In this document: positions 40,193 through 49,357 of the stretch, one piece after another
How the letters are laid out: every line of letters starts with the position of its first letter
Position numbering within the stretch: position 1 is the first letter of the stretch
Virus record (IMG/VR): IMGVR_UViG_3300021127_000004
Coordinates: 14,700-78,699 of that record
Direction: 5' to 3' (one strand)
DNA: 64,000 nt
DNA from: a virus
Notes under the pieces: model-generated
Told to the model about the DNA's origin: nothing
Databases searched by the model: none
The model's input: the letters and a program-made list of their open reading frames with translations, nothing else
Position numbers and translations under genes: made by a program

Positions 40193-42244
40193 TTATGGAT
40201 GCGCATCCACATCTACATTATCGTTTCCGTCAGATTGTTCTTCACTACTACCACCTTTGTCAATACCACCTCCTATTGCACTTTCGTGTTTTTCATGATT
40301 ATTTAATAAAACAGAACTTGCAAACATAGAACCCATGTTAGCATATACCTTGTTTCCTGCTTTATCCCTGCCTTCAAATACGGGTTCTATTCCGCTATCT
40401 TCGTTTAGTAAAATTTTCTCTTTTACAAATGTATTATAATCCCCGTCATATTTAGGTATTTTTTTGCCATTTGCCCCAATTCCGATTTTGGCATTATCAT
40501 ACATTTTATGGAATCGTTCATCATTCCAATCTATTTCTTGACCACTTCTTTTGCTAATTACCTTAAAACCATATTGCGGACCTGCTTTTGTAGTAGCTAT
40601 TGGTAAAAATGGAGAAGCTATCGGTTTAGTTCCCATAGTTTCGGTAACAGATTTATCCGCATTTGTCTTTTTAATAACGGGGTAAACTATACCACCTATA
40701 TTTTTATACCCCTCTGGAATACCTGCCGCATCAACCATCATTATGGTACGTTTTGAAGTAGTACCATCAGGCTTAGTAGTTGTTTCAAGAATAGGGTTAA
40801 CATTATTTACATAGTTAGCTACAATATCACTAACATCTGTTTTTGCCTTACGTTCTGCTTCTGTGTGTTTTTCTTTATCCCAACCTAATCTATCTTCTGC
40901 TTCTTTATGTCTTAAACTTGCAATATAACGCTTAGTAGCATCATCCATATCTTCCTTTCTTCTCTTTTCTGCATCTTCTGTTGCTTTTTCATCAAATACA
41001 TAACCACCTGTTTTAAAGGCTTTTTGTTTTGCTAAAACTTGAAGTGCAGCATATTCGGGTGCAGATACATTAAGATGATATTTACCGTTTGCATCTTTGG
41101 TAGCAAGTATAGGTTTAGGTTTAACACCCGATGCCATTTGCTCTTTAGTCAAAGGAGGCGGTGGATTATTTACATCATAAATATCATAATCTAATTTTCT
41201 AGCACCCTCTACTCCTTGTGTTTCTTGATTATACCTATTAATTGCGCTATAAATATCTGCTACTACTCCTTCTTGTAAATAAGGTGGTATATTTTCAAAC
41301 ATTTTTACCCCATCATCAAATTGCTCGTGGTCATTACTTTTAGGGTCTGAATATATTTGTGCTGCCTTATCTATAACAGAATTGTAATCAAATATCTTTT
41401 CGGGTTCTTTTCTGAAAACCCTTCCTGTTTGTGGGTCTGTCTTGTAATCGCTTTCTGTTGAAACTACGGGTTGTCCTACCCCTGATTGAGTTTTTGTTGA
41501 AATAGTTTTTTTGCCTTTATTATCAACGGTTACTGTTTGGGTTTGTTTGCCTTGTGGTGTTGCCGTTGGGGCTACTTCACCTGTCGGTGTAGTAGTAGTT
41601 CCTTGTGCTTTAGCTGTTATTGTAGGGCTAGTCCAAAAAGAAGCCTCGCTACCACCTAATTTATCTTCTGCATAATTAGGGTTAAAATCTAATGCTTTTT
41701 GATAAGGGTCAATATTATAACCAAACCCCTTAGACATTTGTTTATCTAAGTGTGCTTGCATTTCTGCTTTTTTAGCGGCATTAGGTTCGTCTGCAATAGC
41801 TTGTTTTTGTTCGTGTATTGTACTGTATCTACTTTGTGCTTCTGTTACTATGTCCGAATATTTAGTATGTGCATTTTGATATTCTTGTAAAGCCTTAGTA
41901 TCGCTAGGCGGGGCGTTTACAAATTTCTCATAAGCATCATTTACTTCTTTTTGAGCCTTTGTTATTATAGGGTTATCGCTATCTAAATGAGTGCCTACTT
42001 TTATTTGCCCTTCTTCAAATAGCTTTCTTTTGTAATCCCTATCCTTTATTTTTTGGTCGAAAATATTTTTATTGGCGTTTACTTGTTGTAAAGCCCACAA
42101 CTCCCCTGCACGATTTATATTTTCAAAATCAGACTTTTGGGGTAATACATTCCCACTCCCCCCTGCACCTAATGCAGCATTACCTTGATATGATTGTAAT
42201 TCAGCTAATGAAGCCATTTTGTTTATTATATTATTGACCTCCAA
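40193..42244 (-). CDS. internal virion/ejection protein
   Basis: 683 aa between the 262-aa and 2835-aa genes; helical N-terminus. Confidence 0.55.
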   Translation of the reverse strand: MEVNNIINKMASLAELQSYQGNAALGAGGSGNVLPQKSDFENINRAGELWALQQVNANKNIFDQKIKDRDYKRKLFEEGQIKVGTHLDSDNPIITKAQKEVNDAYEKFVNAPPSDTKALQEYQNAHTKYSDIVTEAQSRYSTIHEQKQAIADEPNAAKKAEMQAHLDKQMSKGFGYNIDPYQKALDFNPNYAEDKLGGSEASFWTSPTITAKAQGTTTTPTGEVAPTATPQGKQTQTVTVDNKGKKTISTKTQSGVGQPVVSTESDYKTDPQTGRVFRKEPEKIFDYNSVIDKAAQIYSDPKSNDHEQFDDGVKMFENIPPYLQEGVVADIYSAINRYNQETQGVEGARKLDYDIYDVNNPPPPLTKEQMASGVKPKPILATKDANGKYHLNVSAPEYAALQVLAKQKAFKTGGYVFDEKATEDAEKRRKEDMDDATKRYIASLRHKEAEDRLGWDKEKHTEAERKAKTDVSDIVANYVNNVNPILETTTKPDGTTSKRTIMMVDAAGIPEGYKNIGGIVYPVIKKTNADKSVTETMGTKPIASPFLPIATTKAGPQYGFKVISKRSGQEIDWNDERFHKMYDNAKIGIGANGKKIPKYDGDYNTFVKEKILLNEDSGIEPVFEGRDKAGNKVYANMGSMFASSVLLNNHEKHESAIGGGIDKGGSSEEQSDGNDNVDVDAHP

Positions 42245-43019
42245 ACCCTGCTACTTGTACAGGGTCTAAATTAAAATTGTTTGGGGCATAAACGTCACCA
42301 CCGCCTTGACTTTTCCAATCCATAGAATCCGAAACTAATGGTCTACTAGAGGCTACGGGTGTTGTAGGGGCTTGTGCAGGTTGTAAATACTTATTGTAAG
42401 AATCACTTATTGATTTGCCCCCAAACGCATTTGATAATGCACTACCATAAGTATCTATCCCACTCATTATTAATGCACTATTCTTTTCCCTTGCGGCTGT
42501 ATTAGCCGTCTTTTCGTCTTTCCAAGGGTTTTCTTTATTGATAGCCCATTGCTTGTCTAATTGGTCGTTGTAATATTGGTGGGATTGTACTAAATTATTT
42601 ATCTTAGCCATACGATTGCTTTCCTTTAGCATAGCCAAGTTTTTTAACCCTTCTTCTGCATTACCAAATACACCAGAAACAGTATTAGGTGTTCCGCCAC
42701 CTTTTAGTATTGCTGAAAGTGATGCTGCAAAATTCTTATCAACCCCCTCTTTATATGCTTGATTAGCTTCTGCACCCATACCGTTAGATAGGTTACTTTC
42801 TGCCAATGATACGTCTTGACCTGCATAAGGGGAAATGTTATACATAGGTCTCCTTGCATCAATAGCTGCTGCTTGTTTCTTTAGCTTTTTTGCATTTATT
42901 AATCCATAAATAGCTTCCCCTGCACCAACTACTTGTTGCACTCCTGCACCTGCCGCTTTGCCTATTGCATCGTAAGGCATTGCATCGTATTGTAATATGG
43001 GTAAATAATTATTTTTCAT
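42231..43019 (-). CDS. small ejection (core) protein
   Basis: Gly/Ala-rich amphipathic N-terminus (AAGAGVQQVVGAGEAIYGL) plus coiled coil, typical of podovirus pilot proteins. Confidence 0.6.
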   Translation of the reverse strand: MKNNYLPILQYDAMPYDAIGKAAGAGVQQVVGAGEAIYGLINAKKLKKQAAAIDARRPMYNISPYAGQDVSLAESNLSNGMGAEANQAYKEGVDKNFAASLSAILKGGGTPNTVSGVFGNAEEGLKNLAMLKESNRMAKINNLVQSHQYYNDQLDKQWAINKENPWKDEKTANTAAREKNSALIMSGIDTYGSALSNAFGGKSISDSYNKYLQPAQAPTTPVASSRPLVSDSMDWKSQGGGDVYAPNNFNLDPVQVAGFGGQ

Positions 43020-43022
43020 ATA

Positions 43023-44087
43023 TTACCAATAGTTCTTTGTATCTTGTATCTTCCCAATAGAAGTTATACTTAATGGGTTTAAATATTGTATTATTTTCTT
43101 ACATTCTTTTAAATAGTTTGGTTCAGTTGCTTGCTTCATTTTAATATCTGAAAGCCTATATTCTATTCCTGCCCAAATTGCTTCTACTGAATATTCGGGG
43201 ACTTCTACTATTTTACCGCACCCTACGCCATTCGTCTGATAATTAACCAACAATCTAGTCGGGATTTTGCCACCCCTGCAATCGTTGTGGTGTGGTTTAT
43301 ATCTTAGTTGTGTTCCACATTGTGATAACTTAACACCCCCCTTGTCATTCCCATCTACATCTGAATAAACTTGATTTTGGTTTATTTGTCTATCCCAATA
43401 TCTTTTATAACATCCACAATGATTGTTTAATAATTCAATGTTTTGTGGAGTATTGTCGGGGCATCCACAAGGCTTCAATGTAAGATTACAAAGAATAGTA
43501 TTGGTTTCTTTGATTGCTATTTCTAAGTCGGACGTATCGTTTACCAATAAGTAATCATCGTTATAATCATCCGTATAATCCCCCGTATTATCCCCATTTA
43601 GTGTATTGTATTTTTTATAAGGTAGTTGAACCCATTGTTGAATATCCCCATTAGGTAACATCCTTATCCAAGTATAGGAATAGTAATCAACACCACCATA
43701 AGTAAAAACATATTCAGAAGTCTTTACCCAATCCGTTTCAGTACTTGGCAAACCACCGCAAACACCACCACATTTAGTATTAGGTTTAGGGGTTACATTT
43801 AATCTTTGGTTGTAGAATATTGGTTCTATTTCACCGTGTTTGTTTACAACCGCCGCCCCGAAAACCCTTTGTGCATCTTTTGGGATATTCACAAACAATC
43901 CATCATTATCTTGTAAAACAGTTTGCCATACGCTTTGTTGGGACATTATTGTGTTCTTGAAAATATCTTTCCAAGTCCATTCTGCTGCCAATAAATAAGC
44001 ATCATAGTACTTCTTCTTATCAACTTGTTTTATGATAAAAAGTTGGTCTACAACTTCATCGAGTGAATATGTTTGTGCTGCTGCCAA
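43023..44087 (-). CDS. tail ring protein
   Basis: TTG start; ring-protein-like layout (SLDEVV...; LLVNYQTNG...VPEY...AI.A.IEY); internal DYTDDYNDDY repeat; Cys-rich. Confidence 0.55.
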   Translation of the reverse strand: MAAAQTYSLDEVVDQLFIIKQVDKKKYYDAYLLAAEWTWKDIFKNTIMSQQSVWQTVLQDNDGLFVNIPKDAQRVFGAAVVNKHGEIEPIFYNQRLNVTPKPNTKCGGVCGGLPSTETDWVKTSEYVFTYGGVDYYSYTWIRMLPNGDIQQWVQLPYKKYNTLNGDNTGDYTDDYNDDYLLVNDTSDLEIAIKETNTILCNLTLKPCGCPDNTPQNIELLNNHCGCYKRYWDRQINQNQVYSDVDGNDKGGVKLSQCGTQLRYKPHHNDCRGGKIPTRLLVNYQTNGVGCGKIVEVPEYSVEAIWAGIEYRLSDIKMKQATEPNYLKECKKIIQYLNPLSITSIGKIQDTKNYW

Positions 44088-44279
44088 TTATTTGCGTTTG
44101 TTTGGTGTGCCTACTATTGCTTTGTGTGTTTGCTGAACGTGCTTTGTAACGTCACGCATAAGGCTTTTGTCGTTCCTTATTTCGTCTGCACGTTTCAATG
44201 TGTTTACAGCATTTTCAACTTGCCATTTCTTTTCTTGTTGTGCTTGCATCGCTCTAGCACTAATTTTAGGTATTGCCAT
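44088..44279 (-). CDS. small basic hypothetical protein
   Basis: 63 aa, abuts the neighbouring genes. Confidence 0.65.
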   Translation of the reverse strand: MAIPKISARAMQAQQEKKWQVENAVNTLKRADEIRNDKSLMRDVTKHVQQTHKAIVGTPNKRK

Positions 44280-44281
44280 TG

Positions 44282-44956
44282 CTATTGTTTTAAACTTTGT
44301 TTGTTAATTTCCCCCTCGGGTATTTTATTCTTATTATTATCTATGCTTTCTTTGATAACAACCCCTTTAGCCATTTCTTTAAACATCATTACGGTCTTTG
44401 TTATTACATCTGCTACTATCCCATCAGGGACTTCCATTGTGGGGCTTGCTTTAGGAACGTAATAAACCCTAATCTTATTTAAAGAAAAATCGCCCAAACA
44501 TTGAAAATATATTCCCGTGTTGTCGGTGTAGAATAAAATCTTATTCACCTTTGGCATATATTTTTTGTTCAAGCGTTTAGAGAAAGTTATCCTTTCTATT
44601 CCTGCATCGCACTTGGGGGAAAGTATCGCAATATCTTGTATCCCTACATCTTGGTTTGAATACATAAAGTGCATTACATCATCCCCAAATAAAACAAACT
44701 TATCCCCTAACTTTTCATCTTTAACTTCTAAGTCGGAACTTGCTAAAATCCCATCCTCAAACCCAACTATTTCATCTTTACCCTCTTTCTTTAATTCTGC
44801 ATAAACCTGCCTATACGTTTGTTCGTATATTTGAGTTACTGCATCCCCTGCATTTCTAACAAAGTCCTCTATTTCAAAGAAGTCTGTCATAGACTTATAT
44901 TCTTGAAAGAACAAGTCCATTGATTGTTGGGCAATATAACGTAGTGGCTTACTCAA
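44282..44956 (-). CDS. tail ring/tubular protein
   Basis: TTG start, 224 aa; C-terminal VPDGIVADVI...D pattern of podovirus ring proteins. Confidence 0.5.
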   Translation of the reverse strand: MSKPLRYIAQQSMDLFFQEYKSMTDFFEIEDFVRNAGDAVTQIYEQTYRQVYAELKKEGKDEIVGFEDGILASSDLEVKDEKLGDKFVLFGDDVMHFMYSNQDVGIQDIAILSPKCDAGIERITFSKRLNKKYMPKVNKILFYTDNTGIYFQCLGDFSLNKIRVYYVPKASPTMEVPDGIVADVITKTVMMFKEMAKGVVIKESIDNNKNKIPEGEINKQSLKQ

Positions 44957-45136
44957 TTAGATACGTCTTGTTTTTATTGTTATTCCCCCTACATTAATTG
45001 GCATCTGATTAGCATTAATCAATTTTGCTTTTGCTTGCTCGTATGTATTAGCATTGCCTACTGTTTGCTGTGGGGTTGTATTAAATTCGTTTTTTTGCCT
45101 ATCAGGGCAATTTTTAACACTCGGAGGACACGCCAT
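44957..45136 (-). CDS. 59-aa hypothetical protein
   Basis: MACPPSVKNCPDRQKNEF...KTRRI; exactly fills the gap and its stop abuts the next start; below the ORF-track cutoff. Confidence 0.6.
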   Translation of the reverse strand: MACPPSVKNCPDRQKNEFNTTPQQTVGNANTYEQAKAKLINANQMPINVGGITIKTRRI

Positions 45137-45138
45137 AA

Positions 45139-45687
45139 CTAAAAATATTTAACTATTAAATTTATTAAGAACGACAAAACTACGACAAATATACACCAAA
45201 AAAACAAAATCCCGATAATAGGGTAATTTGCCCACAAAAATAGGTCTTTTATCAATAAGCAAGAAAAAAAATAAATAACACTACCATATACACTAGACAT
45301 ACAAGTAGGACACTCTGAAATTGGGTTTCTAATCCATTCGGGGAAACGATAAATTGGTTCTTCTAAATAAAAAAATATCTCATCATCTGTAACTTCTATT
45401 TTGCATCCTATTTGTTCTTCTATTTCGGGAATTTTATTAATATCCCAAATGGGTTTTATTGCTTCTACCAATGCTTTCTCTGCATCCCCCTCGTAATAAA
45501 CTTTTTCAATCCCTATTTGTTTTTGCCAATAAGCAGACCACCCACTTACTATAAAACCTATACGCTTTACTCTTCCGTTTGGTTGTACTTCTAAACTATG
45601 TCTAGTCAAATAATGCCATTGATAAACTAAAAAGCTACCCAACACTAAAAGTATCGAGTAGCTTAATATGAAATTCAAAAAAGTCAT
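45139..45687 (-). CDS. membrane protein with CxxC motif (DUF1360-like)
   Basis: three TM segments and PISECPTCMSSVYG. Confidence 0.6.
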   Translation of the reverse strand: MTFLNFILSYSILLVLGSFLVYQWHYLTRHSLEVQPNGRVKRIGFIVSGWSAYWQKQIGIEKVYYEGDAEKALVEAIKPIWDINKIPEIEEQIGCKIEVTDDEIFFYLEEPIYRFPEWIRNPISECPTCMSSVYGSVIYFFSCLLIKDLFLWANYPIIGILFFWCIFVVVLSFLINLIVKYF

Positions 45688-47363
45688 TATCTAGCTAATT
45701 GATTGTTATAAGCTAATTGTATATCTTCTTGTACTACAACACACTTACAAGTAAGTAAAGTACTAGCTACACTAGCTGCATTTTGTAATGCACACCTAAA
45801 GGCTTTTGCAGCATCAATAACCCCACTTTCTACTAAATTTTCGTACTTATCTATTTTGAAATTATAACCACCGTTTAATGGAAGTGCTTTAATAGCAGAT
45901 ATGTCGGCGTTTTTAACTAGTGAATCATTTGTTTGGAATAACTTAGCCAACCCTTTTTTATCTTCAAACCCTGCATTTGCCCTCATTTGAAGGTACGGTG
46001 CTTCCAATGCTTTTGCAATGATTGATATGCCTAATTTTTCATCTTTGTTGTCATAAGGGATTTTTTCTAATGTGGGGATACATCTAATCCCCGTAACACC
46101 ACCACCTGCTACTATACCTTCTAATAGTGCCGCTTGTGAAGAACGAATAGAATCATCTACACGGTCTTTCTTTTCTTTTAATTCGCTTTCGGAGGTTGCC
46201 CCAACATAAATAACACCAACTTTACCTTCAAGCCTTGCAAGTCTTTGTTCTTTAGCTTTTTTATCAAAGTCGTTTGTTGAATTAGCTAAGTCTTTTCTTA
46301 CAAATTCTATCCTGTCGGAAACTAATTTTTTATCCCCACCGCCACCAAGTATAGTCGTGTTGGTTGAAGTAACAAGGATTTTATCGCAAGTGCCAAAATA
46401 ATCAACCTTAGTATCAATAGCCCTTATGCTATTTACATCGCTTATTAATTTACCACCAAGTACTGATTGTAAATCTTCTAGTATATCTTTTTGTGTTTCC
46501 CCGTATCCATCTGCTTTAATAATACAAATAGGTAATCCCCTTTGAGTACGATTAGCTAAGAAGAACATTAAAGGTTCATCTTCTATCATTGGGGTAATCA
46601 ATATGATAGGGGGATTTGTTTGTGTCTTATTTGCAATATCCAACCTAACACTAAGTATCTTTTTGGCTTCTTCCAAAGTACTTATTTTTTCGGTAGAAAG
46701 AAGTATTAATGGGTTTTCATATTGAACCGAAAAAGTATCTTGATTTGTGATATACAACTTATTAGTCCAACCCGTATTTAATTCAAGCCCCTCTACTAAC
46801 TTAATGTATGTTTCCCCGTTTTGGCTTTCATCAATTCTTGCTGCACCGTTAGCCCCTGTTTGACTAATCAACTTTGCAACGTGCTTACCTATTTCTAAGT
46901 CATTATTTGCTGAAATGGTTGCTATTTGTAGCAGTTGTTCACTATTGGGCTTTATTGGTAAAGCAATGTCTTTTACTTTTGCTACTACTGCATCTACTGC
47001 TTTGTTTATACCTTTAGTTATGGATATGGGGTTTGAACCGTTTTTTATAAGCCTAAACCCTTCGTTTATAATAGCTTGTGCTAAAACCATTGCAGTAGTG
47101 GTATTGTCCCCTGCTTCATCAACAGTATTACTGGCTACTTCTTTAATAACATTTGCTGCCCACGCCTCTCTTGGGTCACTAAGGTTTACATACTTTGAAA
47201 TGGTATAACCATCTTTTGTCAGGTCGTGGTAACTGTTAGTCCCCATAGCAACGGTGTTACCTTTTACCCCTAAGCTTACCTTTACTGCATCACAAATTTT
47301 GTTTACCCCTGCTAGGATTGCGTTTGTTGCATCTTCCCCAAATAAAATTTCCTTTGTTTTCAT
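45687..47363 (-). CDS. groEL: chaperonin GroEL (phage-encoded)
   Basis: AVKVSLGVKG, TKDG, AGDNTTTA, ATISANND, ERLA-like QRLARL, EKKDRVDD, EGIVAGGG and ALQNAASVA. Confidence 0.97.
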   Translation of the reverse strand: MKTKEILFGEDATNAILAGVNKICDAVKVSLGVKGNTVAMGTNSYHDLTKDGYTISKYVNLSDPREAWAANVIKEVASNTVDEAGDNTTTAMVLAQAIINEGFRLIKNGSNPISITKGINKAVDAVVAKVKDIALPIKPNSEQLLQIATISANNDLEIGKHVAKLISQTGANGAARIDESQNGETYIKLVEGLELNTGWTNKLYITNQDTFSVQYENPLILLSTEKISTLEEAKKILSVRLDIANKTQTNPPIILITPMIEDEPLMFFLANRTQRGLPICIIKADGYGETQKDILEDLQSVLGGKLISDVNSIRAIDTKVDYFGTCDKILVTSTNTTILGGGGDKKLVSDRIEFVRKDLANSTNDFDKKAKEQRLARLEGKVGVIYVGATSESELKEKKDRVDDSIRSSQAALLEGIVAGGGVTGIRCIPTLEKIPYDNKDEKLGISIIAKALEAPYLQMRANAGFEDKKGLAKLFQTNDSLVKNADISAIKALPLNGGYNFKIDKYENLVESGVIDAAKAFRCALQNAASVASTLLTCKCVVVQEDIQLAYNNQLAR

Positions 47364-47372
47364 TTTTTTAAT

Positions 47373-47672
47373 TTAAAGTTTACAAATTATATGTCTTTCG
47401 TATGCTTCGACATAATCAATATTGTCGTATGTGGCGTTTGATACCATCCTTTCTTCATACTTTACCCTATCCCCTACTTTTACCGTTACGGGGATATGCA
47501 ACACAAACGGTCTGCCATCATCCCCCGAAAAAGCATAGATGCCATCCCCCACTGAAACTACTTCCCCCGTATTGGCTTTTTTCTTTTCTAAACCAATCAT
47601 ATCATCGTTACTGCTTTCTACTTCATCGGGCTTTATTAATACCCTGTCATGTAACATTTTTGGTAAACTCAT
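47373..47672 (-). CDS. groES: co-chaperonin GroES
   Basis: LHDRVLIK, GEVVSVGDG and VKVGDRV; directly upstream of groEL. Confidence 0.92.
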   Translation of the reverse strand: MSLPKMLHDRVLIKPDEVESSNDDMIGLEKKKANTGEVVSVGDGIYAFSGDDGRPFVLHIPVTVKVGDRVKYEERMVSNATYDNIDYVEAYERHIICKL

Positions 47673-48496
47673 TAACTAAAATTTTTTGATTTGATAACGT
47701 AATTTATAAATTCTTGAACTTTTGCTATCCCTTTCCCGTTTATTGTAAATTTAGGAACGGTTGCATAAGCATATTCATTTAGGTATCCATTATTCATTAA
47801 GTACCTTATAGAGTTGGATATTTTTTGTTTTTGCCAAACCCCATCAAGCAACCCGTAAATACCTTCTTTAGTAAAAAACTTTGTCCTATTGACATATAAT
47901 TTTAAAAGCAATTGTAAATCTATCTGCCTTAAACCAACAACGTCCTTGATAAACATTGTGCCAATACTAGCATTCGTTATTGTTTCTGCCACTAAGTCTG
48001 CATTCTCTATTGAATCAAGTAATTCTAACTGTTCGGGGCTATCTAACCTTTTACTCCATTCTTTAGTGACATTCCCAACTTTATTAAAGTCCAACTGCCT
48101 TAAAACGCTTTCTTGATTACTTGCGTTACCCATTATATTGTAAAGGTGGATTATTTCTTTATCTGTTGTTGCATATACATTAAGGGATATTTGTTTTTTC
48201 TTAGCTTCGTGTATTTCCCCCTTGTTGTAACTTTTTATAAAGTCGTGTATCTGAACACCGTTATACAATTCAGAAGGGAAAAAAGAAATACTGAACCTTA
48301 CCCCTATCATAGCTAAAAAAGACATCCTTTCATCCATACTAGCACGGTCACAAAAGTTTTTAGTCTTAACTTCTGATTGTACCATACGCCTATACTTAAT
48401 TGGTAAGTTATCCTTAACCTCTTTTTTTAGGTTATAGATAAAATCATAAGTGATTGCGTTTAAAATTGGTAGCCTTATAGTGTCGTGTTTAGCCAA
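47672..48496 (-). CDS. protein with C-terminal winged-helix (MarR-like) domain
   Basis: LRQIDLQLLLKLY...KISNSIRYLMNNGYL...FTINGKG wHTH pattern; TTG start. Confidence 0.55.
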   Translation of the reverse strand: MAKHDTIRLPILNAITYDFIYNLKKEVKDNLPIKYRRMVQSEVKTKNFCDRASMDERMSFLAMIGVRFSISFFPSELYNGVQIHDFIKSYNKGEIHEAKKKQISLNVYATTDKEIIHLYNIMGNASNQESVLRQLDFNKVGNVTKEWSKRLDSPEQLELLDSIENADLVAETITNASIGTMFIKDVVGLRQIDLQLLLKLYVNRTKFFTKEGIYGLLDGVWQKQKISNSIRYLMNNGYLNEYAYATVPKFTINGKGIAKVQEFINYVIKSKNFS

Positions 48497-48513
48497 ATGA
48501 GAATTTTTTTTGT

Positions 48514-48533
48514 TACTTTTGCTGTCAAAGATA
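48514..48533. promoter_or_regulatory. overlapping face-to-face -7 promoter elements
   Basis: TACTTTTG on + (48514-21) and TATCTTTG on - (48526-33), between oppositely oriented regulator genes. Confidence 0.65.
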
Positions 48534-48539
48534 TGACTT

Positions 48540-48740
48540 ATGATTGAATTAGAAAAAACAAATGAAAAATCTGCCGAAAAAATGGAGGTATATAGGAAAG
48601 AACACGGGGTATCTTACACTTTTATAGCCAATAGAACCAATTACGCCCCATCTTATGTTAGAAGATGCCTACTTAAAAAGAATATACTTTCAGAAAATTT
48701 GCGTAAAAAAATAAATGAATTGTGGGGGACTGATTTCTAA
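48540..48740 (+). CDS. Cro/XRE-like HTH protein
   Basis: GVSYTFIANRTNYAPSYVRRCL helix-turn-helix; 66 aa. Confidence 0.65.
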   Translation: MIELEKTNEKSAEKMEVYRKEHGVSYTFIANRTNYAPSYVRRCLLKKNILSENLRKKINELWGTDF

Positions 48741-49357
48741 GTCCCATATAATATTTTCCCTGCAAGAAAGTGGTCTAATAACCTATCTTGACTATAATTA
48801 AAAGAATATCCCTCTAGTTGTTTACATACATAAGGTTGGCATATCCTAAACTTATGTGTATCTATAAATTCATTTAAGTAGACATCTATGTTTTTAAGTT
48901 CACCTTCGGGGGCTGCAAGTAATATATCATAAAGTGATTCTTTGATAATATAAAGGGTAGTACTATAAAATGCGTGTTGAACTACGTTGGTGGGGTAAGT
49001 TAATGTTGAATAAGAAACCCCCATATAAAAATCGAAGTCGGTTGGCATTTTCTCTAAAAAGTACGACCAAGCCCCCTTTGATGAAAACACTATATCATCT
49101 TCTGCTATTGCCACTTGCTTTAAACCTTTCTCTTTTGCATCCCTTACTATTGCTTTATGGCTTAAACAACATCCAAGCCCAATTACATCTGGTATATACT
49201 TAGCATCCCAAACTTTGTAGGCAATCCCCTGTTCTGCCATTTCCCAAATAAAAGACTTTTCACGCCTTACTGATTCTTTGTATTGGGGGCTATCTATTTG
49301 GAATTGTTCTTTTGCTAAGTGTACTATATTCAACATTATTTTTTCATCCATACCCAA
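48737..49357 (-). CDS. glycosyltransferase family 25-like
   Basis: GCCLSH and IAEDD motifs. Confidence 0.8.
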   Translation of the reverse strand: MGMDEKIMLNIVHLAKEQFQIDSPQYKESVRREKSFIWEMAEQGIAYKVWDAKYIPDVIGLGCCLSHKAIVRDAKEKGLKQVAIAEDDIVFSSKGAWSYFLEKMPTDFDFYMGVSYSTLTYPTNVVQHAFYSTTLYIIKESLYDILLAAPEGELKNIDVYLNEFIDTHKFRICQPYVCKQLEGYSFNYSQDRLLDHFLAGKILYGT

